A DNA stretch of 64,000 nucleotides from Eledone cirrhosa. Taxonomy: Eukaryota. Of the stretch, positions 41,405-53,900 are shown piece by piece. Positions within the stretch are counted from its first letter, which is position 1; every line of letters begins with the position of its first letter. Made by a program: the position numbers and the translations under genes. Under the pieces are notes generated by a model. The model worked only from the letters and a program-made list of their open reading frames with translations, had not been told where the DNA came from and did not search any database. Where the stretch lies: positions 34,100,001 to 34,164,000 of the forward strand of contig OZ024748.1 of NCBI GenBank assembly GCA_964016885.1, written 5' to 3'.

Positions 41405-41514
41405 TACACATATGTATATATACATATATGTATACATTCATACATGTGTGTATATATATATATACATATATATGCATACACATATGTATATATATACATA
41501 TATGTGTGTATACA

Positions 41515-41567
<53 letters not shown>

Positions 41568-41662
41568 GCATATATATGTAGATATACATATATGTGTGTA
41601 TATATATATGTATATATATATGTATATATATGTATATATATATGTATATATACATATATATT

Positions 41663-41734
<72 letters not shown>

Positions 41735-42269
41735 TACGCACACATATATATATACATATACATCTATATGCTTACACATATGTATATATACATATATATA
41801 TACATACACATATGTATATATACATATATGTGTGTGTATATATATATATGTTTACATATGTATATATATATATATGTATATATATGTATATATATATATA
41901 TTTATATATACATATGTATATATATATGTATATATATGTATATCTATATGTATATATATATACACATATATATGTATATATACATACATATATATATGTC
42001 TATATATATATACATATATATATATGTATATATACATATATACATATACATATATAGATATATATATATATACATATATATAGATATATACATATCTATA
42101 TATATATAAATATAAATATATATACATATATATATATGTATATATACATATATATATATACATATCTATATATATAGAGAAATATATATATATATAGAAA
42201 TATAAATATATACATCTCTGTATAGTGTTATATATGTGTACACATATATAACACTACACATATATAGAC

Positions 42270-42300
<31 letters not shown>
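40640..42300. repeat. Compound (TA)n/(CA)n microsatellite field
   Basis: Read directly from the sequence. Confidence 0.9.
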
Positions 42301-42305
<5 letters not shown>

Positions 42306-42704
42306 GAGTGGTCTTTTGCTGCTAAGACACTCGATAAGAAATGATGCGTAATTATGGCGAACCATGCAGTTATCGTTTATACAGGAATACTGGACGTCGT
42401 CGGCATAAAGTAAAGAAATAGAAACAATAAACGGAATGGAGAGAAAGCGAGAGAGAGAGATGGGGTGGGGGGTAGAACTTGTGGGAACAGGTCAGAACTT
42501 GTTGAAGATATATGAGAAACTTGTTCCTTCTCTCAGCTGTGAGATTTGACAGCTGGTCTGATAGAGGGGCAGCGGCAGCCATCACCTCGTCATATCATAA
42601 GGAACGGTTGAGTTAGAGTTGCATAAAGTAATAGAAAGAAGAGGAAAGGAGAGGAAAGGAGAGAGGCTGAAGGAACATGTGATGTGACAGAATAGAGACG
42701 GTGA

Positions 42705-43948
42705 ACGAGAGAGGGGGAGACAGAGGGTGTGAGGGGCAGAGAGAGAGGGAGGGCGAGAGGGAGAGGCAGAGAGAGAGTGAGAGGGGGAGACAGAGAGTGT
42801 GAGAGGGAGACAGAGAGTGTTAGAGGGAGAGAGAGAGGGAGAGAGGGAGACAGAGAGTGTGAGAGGGAGAGAGGGAGGGAGACAGAGAGTGAGAGAGGGA
42901 GACAGAGAGTGTGAGAGGGAGACTGAGAGTGAGAGAGGGAGACAGAGAGTGTGAGAGGGAGACAGAGAGTGTGAGAGGGAGATAGAGAGGGAGACAGAGA
43001 GTGAGAGAGGGAGACAGAGAGTGTGAGAGGGAGATAGAGAGTGAGAGAGGGAGACAGAGAGTGTGAGAGGGAGATAGAGAGTGAGAGAGGGAGACAGAGA
43101 GTGTGAGAGGGAGAGAGAGAGTGTGAGAGGGAGAGAGAGAGGGAGACAGAGAGTGAGAGAGGGAGATAGAGAGTGAGAGAGGGAGACAGAGAGTGTGAGA
43201 GGGAGACAGAGAGTGTGAGAGGGAGACAGAGAGTAAGAGAGGGAGACAGAGAGTGTGATAGGGAGACAGAGAGTGTGAGAGGGAGAGAGAGAGGGAGACA
43301 GAGAATGAGAGAGGGAGACAGAGAGTGTGAGAGGGAGAGAGAGTGTGAGAGGGAGAGAGAGAGTGAGGGGGAGACAGAGGGTGTGAGAGGGAGACAGAGA
43401 GTGAGGGAGAGACAGAGGGTGGGGGGAGACAGAGGGTGTGTGAGGGAGACAGAGAGGGAGAGAGGGAGACAGAGAGTGGGGGGGAGACAGAGGGTGGGGG
43501 CGACAGAGAGTGAGAGACGGAGATAGAGAGTGAGAGGGGGAACAGAGAGTGTGAGGGGGAGACGGAGGGTGTGTGAGGGAGACAGAGAGTGAAAGAGGGA
43601 GAGAGGGACACAGAGAGTGAGGGAGGAGACAGAGAGTGAGAGAGGGAGACATATAGTGAGAGAGGGAGACAGAGTGAGAGAGGGAGAAGAGAGTGTGAGA
43701 GGGAGACAGAGAGGGAGAGAGGGAGACAGAGAGTGTGAGAGGGAGACAGAGAGGGAGAGAGGGAGACAGAGAGTGGGGGGAGACAGAGAGTGAAAGAGGG
43801 AGTGAGGTACACAGAGAATGAGGGGGAGACAGAGAGTGTGAGAGGGAGACAGAGAGTGGGGGGTGGGGAGACAAAGGGTGAGAGAGGGAGACAGAGAGTG
43901 AGGGGGAGACAGAGAGTGTGAGAGAGAGACAGAGAGTGAGAGGGGGAG
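42705..43948. repeat. GA-rich minisatellite with ~20-22 bp unit GGGAGACAGAGAGTG(TG)AGA
   Basis: Read directly from the sequence. Confidence 0.9.
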
Positions 43949-44109
43949 ATTATTGCAGATATTTTTATACATGCATATATATAATTGATATATGTATATA
44001 TTTAGACATAGTCACAGATACATATATGAGTGTGGCTACCTTTCACGGTGTGGCTCAATGAAAGGATTAATTAAGCAAATAATTGTTAATCAGAGCTATA
44101 TATATATAT

Positions 44110-44200
44110 AATTGTAAGTTTGAAAAATTATTAGATAAAATATATACAGGAGAGGATAGACTGTATTTATTTTATCAAATAATTCTTCAAACTTACAATT
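44110..44200. repeat. Short inverted repeat between (TA)n tracts
   Basis: AATTGTAAGTTTGAA.AATTATT.GATAAAATA ... TATTTTATC.AATAATT.TTCAAACTTACAATT. Confidence 0.7.
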
Positions 44201-44834
44201 TTATATATATATATATAATGGCGGCGGTGAAAACCATTTAGACCATTACTCACCAAAGTAAATAAATACAAATAAATAAAGAAATAAACAAACTATGCTA
44301 ATTCCTTTGACGAAATGAAAATTTCTCTCGTTATTTTTTGTTTTTTTTTAAACTTTTGACTTACTATAAATGTTTATGATAAGGCTAGTTAAAGATAATT
44401 TAATAATCGGGATGAAGCTGGACTAAAACAGCTAGCTTTACGAAGAAGTACATTTGAATAAATGTAAACCCCGCCCCCGATCACTGACCACTCCCCCCCC
44501 CCCCCCGCCAAACAAAAAGAGAACTTTAAAGATTTTTTATGCGCAGACTGTCTACCCATATATGGACTCTACCCCTTGAGGAGGCCAGTTAGATTACTGG
44601 CGCCCCAATACCGGCGCTTCGAATTTTTCACACACACACATATATATATGCCGAACCACTTCACTACTGGATGGAGTGCGTGGCCACTGGCATATGACAA
44701 CGATTTAATAACTGCACCAATGATTGCGTAAACATCTGACGAAATCACAAGAAGAACCATGTAACAGAAATATATATAATGCAATAAACAATTATAGTGA
44801 TTTAATCCCGCCTTAACTATCATTATTTGATATT

Positions 44835-45338
44835 GGTGGCTTGGCAGTATCGGTAGAGGGTCGGACGCCATGCTTTCCAGCATAGTTACGTCCCTTTGCG
44901 GTCTGAGTTCAAATCCCACCGAGGTTAACTTTGCCTTTCATCCTTACGGGGTCGATAAAATAAAGTACCAGTAATGCACTGGGTATGTGATGGCCTTGTG
45001 CCAAAAGTAGAAACAATTATTTGATATTGGCAGTATCGGTAGAGGGTCGGACGCCATGCTTTGATGCATAGAGTTACGGCCCTTGCTATTCTGAGTTCAA
45101 ATCCCGCCGAGGTTAACTTTGCCTTTCATCCTTACGGGGTCGATAAAATAAAGTACCAGTAATGTACTGGGTAATTGCTGGCCTTGTGCTTAAAATAGAA
45201 ACAATTATTTGATATATTTGATATATAATCCCGCCGAGGTTAACTTTGCCTTTCATCCTTACGGGGTCGATAAAATAAAGTACCAGTAATGTACTGGGTA
45301 ATTACTGGCCTTGTGCCAAAAGTAGAAACAATTATTTG
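44835..45338 (+). mobile_element. Three tandem tRNA-derived SINE copies (MetaSINE/MESC-like central domain, tentative)
   Basis: Box A-like TGGCAGTATCGG, box B GAGTTCAAATC and central GCCTTTCATCCTTACGGGGTCGATAAAATAAAGTACCAG. Confidence 0.8.
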
Positions 45339-45671
45339 ATATACATAAATGTATATATGTATATATGCATATATATATATATGTATATATGTATATATGT
45401 ATATATGCATATGTATATATGTATATATGCATATGTATATATGTATATATGTTAATGTTTATGTATATATAGATATATTTATGCACATATGTATATACAT
45501 AATACATATATATGCATATAGTGAGTTCGATTCTCGGACTGGGTTATGCGTTGTGTCCTTGAGCAATGCACTTTAAGTATTGCCTTTATATATATGTATA
45601 TATATATATATATATTTCGTTTCTGAATTTGTTTAGCAAGATTCTTTATCTGAAAACGTGTGTTGAAACCG

Positions 45672-46217
45672 ATATTGTTATACTTTGGGAGGGTCATGTT
45701 GCCAATAAGAAACACACGCACCAGTTGCTTTCACTTCAATTTTTTATAATAAATTTATAAATTTAGGAATTTATAAATTTCTGGTTGGTTGGTTGGTTCC
45801 ACAACCAGATGATTGTTTATATATATATTGTCAAAGTTCTTTCGTCACACATTCTGTGACATCTTCAGTGACTGGGGATTCTTTTCTTTGTTTTTTGTGC
45901 CTCTCCTTTGTTCTGTCCTATGCCATCTTGTTTTTGTGTGTATGTAGACACACAAAAAGAAGATGGCGTAGGACAGAACAAAGGAGAGGCACAAAAAACA
46001 AAGAAAAGAATCCCCAGTCACTGAAGATGTCACAGAATGTGTGACGAAAGAACTTTGACAATATATATATAAACAATCATCTGGTTGTGGAACCAACCAA
46101 CCAACCAGAAATTTATAAATTCCTAAATTTATAAATTTATTATAAAAAATTGAAGTGAAAGCAACTGGTGCGTGTGTTTCTTATTGGCAACATGACCCTC
46201 CCAAAGTATAACAATAT
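45672..46217. repeat. 546-bp near-perfect palindrome of two family A pLTRs; HHRs at 45830-45872 (minus) and 46017-46059 (plus)
   Basis: Arms match 788-1050; HHR reads GUCA CUGAAGA u GUCACA..UGUGAC GAAA GAAC UU UGAC. Confidence 0.9.
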
Positions 46218-46269
46218 ATATATATATATGTATATAAATAGTGTGTGTATGTATATATATATATATATA

Positions 46270-46830
46270 GTGTGCTTCCACCAGTGGTGCCTCCGCATCA
46301 TCCTCAACATTCACTGGAGCGATTTCGTCAACAATGTTGAATTTCGTCAATAGGTAAATGTTCGGCAATTTCTTCAATAGGTAAATGTCACCAGTATCGA
46401 GGAATGCTGGCCGAATTCCCAACTACATTGAGCAGGGCACGTCCCCAAGATGAAGGATCATCGGCTGTCCGGGATAACAATGCACGGCGAAATCTCCAAT
46501 GGCCACCAGGAAAAATGTACACCAAGGAAGTGAACTGTTTGAAAAAATCCCTTTGCATCTGTCACCTCGACTATAGTCGGTGGTCCACCCTAGCTGAGAG
46601 CCTGGCGTCTCACCATAAAACATGTTGCCTCCTCCTTTGAAAACACCCAGTGGGCCACATTCGAGGATAAAAAGAAGAACCACAACACCATGTTATCAAA
46701 CCTTGACCAGATCTTCAGCTGTACCCACTACAGCTGTGTCTGCCTTTCCCGCATAGAACTGAACTGCCACGATCATGCTTGCAGTCAACGTAAACTATCC
46801 ACTTCTTCATCTTCGTTTGTGAAACCAAAA
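46270..46830 (+). mobile_element. Degenerate RTE (BovB-like) LINE 3' fragment
   Basis: FHQWCLRIILNIHWSDFV and C-terminal C2H2 remnant FSCTHYSCVCLSRIEL..H..AC; related to 58480-58765. Confidence 0.7.
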
Positions 46831-47083
46831 CAATACATTATATATTTATATCATCAAGGTTTGCCTTCATATGCCTTTGCTCTATAGACAAATGAGCTTC
46901 ACCAGCCGATGTTAATAAGCATAAATACTATTAGCTTTTAGCTTATATCTTGTCTTAGCATCCAAGCAGAGTTAGCCTCTCTGGAGACAATTAAAATTCA
47001 CCGCTTCTAAAATTCATAACGAAGCTAAAACTATGTTTATTTTCATGAACATTTCGTATATGATTCAATATACAACCCCAGTT

Positions 47084-47167
<84 letters not shown>

Positions 47168-48039
47168 GTGCGTTTACATTGTATATGTATTTTTACACAC
47201 ACACACATACACTTATGCATATATATATATATATAATAAAAGAATGAAGAATAACATGGACGGCTGTACAAAAAGGGTTTATTTACAGTAATGTTTTGCG
47301 ACATTGTCAAATGTACAACCGTACAAAAGCAAAGGATATAGCCATTGAAATCTAGGTAGACCAAAGAATTTGGCGGGGTGGTATATCAGAGGATTGTTTT
47401 CCTTATGATTCGCGTCTAGCCTACAAAGTGAAGTTAGATGATTGTAGTCGGTGTTGTATCAATAAAAAATAAAAGCATACAGAAGACTGAACACTTACGA
47501 ATTAAGTGAAAATCACGTTGATATTCCTATCGGAGCAACATGTGCGAAAAACCTGACGGACTGTTGTGTCAATATTGAAATCGTAGAAATTGCGAATCCC
47601 GACCTCTAAGATGTAATGGATAGGCCTTGGGGGTGAAGAGGAAGAATTGTTACAATTGTTTTGCTGAACATGTTGACCATTAATTTAAATAGACTTACGC
47701 AGCATCAACGTGCGGTTTTGTTGTTTATGGCCTAGAATGAGGGCCGGTTAAACGCGGCAGAAAAATAAGCCATGCTGATGATGTTTAGGGGCGTCGCAGG
47801 CAATAGATGCGGCGTTGTGAGTCAATTGTGAGAGCAGTGGAAGGCACGCTGATCGCTTGAGAAGACGCGATGCTACACAGGATGCTTCTCGGCCATAATT
47901 GACAGAAAGGCATGTCAGGAGAAATGAAAGAGTTGCTATTCATCCATTGCTTAGCATGATGAACATGTAATTAAAAAGATTTATCATGTACTATCGTGCA
48001 CGTTGGTATTGTGTTTCGCCTGTGAAAATCGGTGGTCAA

Positions 48040-49712
48040 ATGGGGCAACAATAAGCCATGCTGATGACGTTTAAGCGGGTGGCAAGGAATTGATGCGGCA
48101 TAGATAGCCATGGGAATCTTGAAGGAGCACGGCGGTCAGGCAAAAGAAAGGGCCGAAGAGGGGATGGTGGCTGACAGTGCATGGATGCGGCATCCTGAGG
48201 CCTGACGATGCAGTGGGACGACGGCCAGCAGGCAAGGAAGAGGGCAGGGGTGGACGGGGGCAAGGATGCCGCATTGTGAGCCATGGCAGTCTTGAAGGAG
48301 CACTGCGGGAAGGCAAAAGAAAGGGCCGAGGAGGGGATGGCGGCTGACAGAGCATTGATGCGGCATGGTGATGCATGACGATGTAGTGGTACGACGGCGT
48401 GCAGGGAACGGAGAGGGCATGGGTTGACGGTGGCAGGGATGCGACTTGGTCCCTCAAGACTGCCATGCCTAGGCAGTGGAATGGGTCGGGGAGTGGATGG
48501 CGGCTGACAGGGCAAGGATGCAACATGATGAGGCATGACGAAAGGGCAGGGTGCATGGCGGCTGACAGGGCGTGGATGCGGCATGCCAATTGAGTTGCAC
48601 CTCGAGCACCGGGAGGCACGATGATTGTTTGAGACAACCGGGTGCAAGGCAGGATGTTTATCGGCCATACATGATAAGAGGAGAAAGGGATGAATTTTTG
48701 TTTAGTTTTGTTAAATATGGTCAAAATGAATGTAAAAAGACTTACACGGGATCGTCTTCATGTTCGGTGTTGTCTTTGGTCTGAGATAATGGGCGGTTAT
48801 GTGCGGCGCAGGAATAAACCATGCTGATGACATTTGAGCAAGTTGCTGACAGGGCAGGAATGCCCCATGGTGAGCCATGGCAGTCGTGAGCGACCAACGC
48901 ATGCGGGCAAGGGAGAGGGCAGGGGTTGACGGTGGCAGGAATGCGGCTTGGTTAGGCATGGCAGTCTTGAAGGAGCACGGTGGGCAGGCAAAATAAAGGG
49001 CTGAGGAGGGGGATGGCGGCTGACAGAACATGGATGCGGCATGGTGAGGCATAACGATGCAGTGGGTCGATGGCGTGCAGGGAAGATAGATGGCCGGGAT
49101 GACGGTTGCAGGGATTCCGCATGGTGAGACATGGCACTCGTGAAGGACCAAGGCGTGCGGGTAAGGGAGAGGGCAGGGGAGGGCATGGCGGCTGACAGTG
49201 CATAGATGCGGCATGGTGAAGCATGACGATGCAGTGGGACGACGGCGTGCAGGGAAGGGAGAGGGCAGGACTTGATGGTGGCAGGGATGTGGCTTTGTTA
49301 GGCATTACAGTCTTGAAGGAGCACGGCGGGCAGGCAAAAGAAAGGGCTGAGGAGGGGATGGTGACCGACAGGGCAGTAATGCGGCATGGTGTGGCATGAC
49401 GATGCAGTGCGACGACGGCGTGCAGGGAAGGGATGGGGCAGGGGTTGACGGTGGCAGGGATGCGGCTTGATCAGGCATGAAAGTCTTGAGCTCTCACGGA
49501 GTGTAGGCAATGGAAATGGGCAGGGGTGGACGGTGGCAGGGATTCGGCATGTTGAGCCGTGGCAGTCCTTAGGGACCATGGAGGGCAGACAATGGAAAGG
49601 GCCGGGGAATGAATTGCGACTGGCAGGGCAGAGATGCGCATGGTGATGCACAACGATGCAGTGGGTCGACGGCATGCAGGCAAGGGAGAGGGCAGGGGTT
49701 GACGGATGCCTC
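48040..49712. repeat. GC-rich degenerate tandem repeat with ~170 bp higher-order unit
   Basis: Recurrent GGCGGCTGACAG, GATGCGGCATGGTG, GGGCAGGGGTTGACGGTGGCAGG and GGCAGTCTTGAAGGAGCAC. Confidence 0.8.
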
Positions 49713-49994
49713 ATTATGCTACCGTAGTGGGACCACGGGAATGAAGAGAGCGCATGGAGGCTCGATGATCGCTTGAGAAGACTGGGCGCAATACTGGATG
49801 ATGCGCGGTGGTATAGTCTTGATAGTCCTTATATAAGAAATGGAAGAATCGGCATAAAAGGTTTGCTGAATATGGTGAGCGTTAATTTAAAGAGACTTAC
49901 GGTGGATAATCCTGATAGATTGAACGTTTTTTGCATGGCAGGAGTCGCGACAAATGGAAGAAAGAAGTATAGCGTTTTTCGGTTGCCGGAATTT

Positions 49995-50281
49995 TGCCTC
50001 TGGGGTCCGATTATCGATTTTTCGAAAATTTAATGTAGCCCACGTTCATCCTCGGATCAAAATACACACTTGCGTCGAGTTTCATCGAAATTAGACGATT
50101 TTTGAAAATATCGATTTTTGGCTTCTGATCAAGTTTTCGAAAATTTCAAGTAGCCTATTTCAATCTACGGGTCGTGTTTTATATATGTTTCAAGTTTCAT
50201 GAGAATCGGATGAACGGTGTTGCCTGCAAGTTCGGGACACCAAACAAACAAACAACGCCCAACTTCACTTTATATATAAGA
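49995..50281 (-). mobile_element. Helitron 5' terminal segment, same family as 22423-25838
   Basis: Near-identical to 25540-25835; minus strand begins TC. Confidence 0.8.
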
Positions 50282-50607
50282 CATGAAGATATGTACGAAT
50301 AAAATTTGTTTGTGTTGGTCAGTGTATAAACAAAAATAAACAAGTAAGATTGCTTACCAAAGTATTTTTCTCGGCAAGGTCTTTACATGAGGTACGGTAA
50401 TAGTCCAAAAAGAGAGATCAAAGTACAGTATCCAGGTGGAATATCACGGAGTAATTATATATTTAAATGTATAGGAAAAACAAACGACTAGGCGTGAAGT
50501 ATAGAATAGGAGTAAAGGATTTAATCAAAGTTCATTCTTTAAGACGTTTCAATACAGTACCAGTTTACAAGTGCATACTAATATTATTATTATGCCCATT
50601 CACTAGC

Positions 50608-50671
50608 AATATGTTAAATACTGCATTTCATATATATATATATATATATGAAATGCAGTATTTAACATATT
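50608..50671. repeat. Perfect palindrome centred on (TA)n at the left border of the array
   Basis: AATATGTTAAATACTGCATTTCA (TA)n TGAAATGCAGTATTTAACATATT. Confidence 0.9.
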
Positions 50672-50794
50672 TAACTTTAACTTAATTGTTTAAGCGTCAG
50701 TCATACAAAAGTGAGTTACAAACGAAACGAAATTTAATTTCGTTTCGTTATTTGTTTTTATCGTCTCCGTTGAACCGGTACTTACTCACACTCT

Positions 50795-50802
50795 ATGCAA
50801 AT
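50795..50802 (+). promoter_or_regulatory. Octamer motif ATGCAAAT, repeated every 467 bp; function unproven
   Basis: TATGCAAATTAG is conserved between the array and family B. Confidence 0.45.
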
Positions 50803-50887
50803 TAGTCTGCCCACTACTAATTTTCATAGAAAAAGCATATAACGATATGTGCTTTTACGATTCTCTAGAGAGGCCGGAAGATAGGTA

Positions 50888-50932
50888 AATATTGCTGATG
50901 AGTTGTAACAACAACGAAACTAGTTCAATATT
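50888..50932 (+). ncRNA. Type I hammerhead ribozyme, unit 1 (others start at 51355, 51822, 52289, 52756, 53223, 53690, 54157)
   Basis: AAUAUUG CUGAUGA GUUG uaacaa CAAC GAAA CUAG UU CAAUAUU; predicted cleavage after 50925 (GUU). Confidence 0.92.
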
Positions 50933-53900
50933 CCTTGTCTGGCTTTCTGGAGAATAGAGGAAAGGTGTTTCCTCAAAAACCAGTATGACTCTAAAAACCG
51001 GTTTGTCTGTGTGTTTACATACAGAATAGCTGGCCACTCACAGTAAAGTGACCAGTGAAAAAACTTGGTACATCTACATATGTATACGTGTGTGTATTCA
51101 TATATATACTAGTATTTCAGTATACATATATGGATGTACATCTTTAACTTAATTGTTTAAGCGTCAGTCATACAAAAGTGAGTTACAAACGAAACGAAAT
51201 TTAATTTCGTTTCGTTATTTGTTTTTATCGTCTCCGTTGAACCGGTACTTACTCACACTCTATGCAAATTAGTCTGCCCACTACTAATTTTCATAGAAAA
51301 AGCATATAACGATATGTGCTTTTACGATTCTCTAGAGAGGCCGGAAGATAGGTAAATATTGCTGATGAGTTGTAACAACAACGAAACTAGTTCAATATTC
51401 CTTGTCTGGCTTTCTGGAGAATAGAGGAAAGGTGTTTCCTCAAAAACCAGTATGACTCTAAAAACCGGTTTGTCTGTGTGTTTACATACAGAATAGCTGG
51501 CCACTCACAGTAAAGTGACCAGTGAAAAAACTTGGTACATCTACATATGTATACGTGTGTGTATTCATATATATACTAGTATTTCAGTATACATATATGG
51601 ATGTACATCTTTAACTTAATTGTTTAAGCGTCAGTCATACAAAAGTGAGTTACAAACGAAACGAAATTTAATTTCGTTTCGTTATTTGTTTTTATCGTCT
51701 CCGTTGAACCGGTACTTACTCACACTCTATGCAAATTAGTCTGCCCACTACTAATTTTCATAGAAAAAGCATATAACGATATGTGCTTTTACGATTCTCT
51801 AGAGAGGCCGGAAGATAGGTAAATATTGCTGATGAGTTGTAACAACAACGAAACTAGTTCAATATTCCTTGTCTGGCTTTCTGGAGAATAGAGGAAAGGT
51901 GTTTCCTCAAAAACCAGTATGACTCTAAAAACCGGTTTGTCTGTGTGTTTACATACAGAATAGCTGGCCACTCACAGTAAAGTGACCAGTGAAAAAACTT
52001 GGTACATCTACATATGTATACGTGTGTGTATTCATATATATACTAGTATTTCAGTATACATATATGGATGTACATCTTTAACTTAATTGTTTAAGCGTCA
52101 GTCATACAAAAGTGAGTTACAAACGAAACGAAATTTAATTTCGTTTCGTTATTTGTTTTTATCGTCTCCGTTGAACCGGTACTTACTCACACTCTATGCA
52201 AATTAGTCTGCCCACTACTAATTTTCATAGAAAAAGCATATAACGATATGTGCTTTTACGATTCTCTAGAGAGGCCGGAAGATAGGTAAATATTGCTGAT
52301 GAGTTGTAACAACAACGAAACTAGTTCAATATTCCTTGTCTGACTTTCTGGAGAATAGAGGAAAGGTGTTTCCTCAAAAACCAGTATGACTCTAAAAACC
52401 GGTTTGTCTGTGTGTTTACATACAGAATAGCTGGCCACTCACAGTAAAGTGACCAGTGAAAAAACTTGGTACATCTACATATGTATACGTGTGTGTATTC
52501 ATATATATACTAGTATTTCAGTATACATATATGGATGTACATCTTTAACTTAATTGTTTAAGCGTCAGTCATACAAAAGTGAGTTACAAACGAAACGAAA
52601 TTTAATTTCGTTTCGTTATTTGTTTTTATCGTCTCCGTTGAACCGGTACTTACTCACACTCTATGCAAATTAGTCTGCCCACTACTAATTTTCATAGAAA
52701 AAGCATATAACGATATGTGCTTTTACGATTCTCTAGAGAGGCCGGAAGATAGGTAAATATTGCTGATGAGTTGTAACAACAACGAAACTAGTTCAATATT
52801 CCTTGTCTGGCTTTCTGGAGAATAGAGGAAAGGTGTTTCCTCAAAAACCAGTATGACTCTAAAAACCGGTTTGTCTGTGTGTTTACATACAGAATAGCTG
52901 GCCACTCACAGTAAAGTGACCAGTGAAAAAACTTGGTACATCTACATATGTATACGTGTGTGTATTCATATATATACTAGTATTTCAGTATACATATATG
53001 GATGTACATCTTTAACTTAATTGTTTAAGCGTCAGTCATACAAAAGTGAGTTACAAACGAAACGAAATTTAATTTCGTTTCGTTATTTGTTTTTATCGTC
53101 TCCGTTGAACCGGTACTTACTCACACTCTATGCAAATTAGTCTGCCCACTACTAATTTTCATAGAAAAAGCATATAACGATATGTGCTTTTACGATTCTC
53201 TAGAGAGGCCGGAAGATAGGTAAATATTGCTGATGAGTTGTAACAACAACGAAACTAGTTCAATATTCCTTGTCTGGCTTTCTGGAGAATAGAGGAAAGG
53301 TGTTTCCTCAAAAACCAGTATGACTCTAAAAACCGGTTTGTCTGTGTGTTTACATACAGAATAGCTGGCCACTCACAGTAAAGTGACCAGTGAAAAAACT
53401 TGGTACATCTACATATGTATACGTGTGTGTATTCATATATATACTAGTATTTCAGTATACATATATGGATGTACATCTTTAACTTAATTGTTTAAGCGTC
53501 AGTCATACAAAAGTGAGTTACAAACGAAACGAAATTTAATTTCGTTTCGTTATTTGTTTTTATCGTCTCCGTTGAACCGGTACTTACTCACACTCTATGC
53601 AAATTAGTCTGCCCACTACTAATTTTCATAGAAAAAGCATATAACGATATGTGCTTTTACGATTCTCTAGAGAGGCCGGAAGATAGGTAAATATTGCTGA
53701 TGAGTTGTAACAACAACGAAACTAGTTCAATATTCCTTGTCTGGCTTTCTGGAGAATAGAGGAAAGGTGTTTCCTCAAAAACCAGTATGACTCTAAAAAC
53801 CGGTTTGTCTGTGTGTTTACATACAGAATAGCTGGCCACTCACAGTAAAGTGACCAGTGAAAAAACTTGGTACATCTACATATGTATACGTGTGTGTATT

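Noticed and set aside
40598-43972. YI-rich and SLS-rich ORFs, and similar ORFs elsewhere in the window
   Set aside because: Translations of microsatellites and minisatellites.
48036-49714. Pro/Cys/His-rich ORFs
   Set aside because: Several frames are open at once in a GC-rich repeat, with no recognisable domain.
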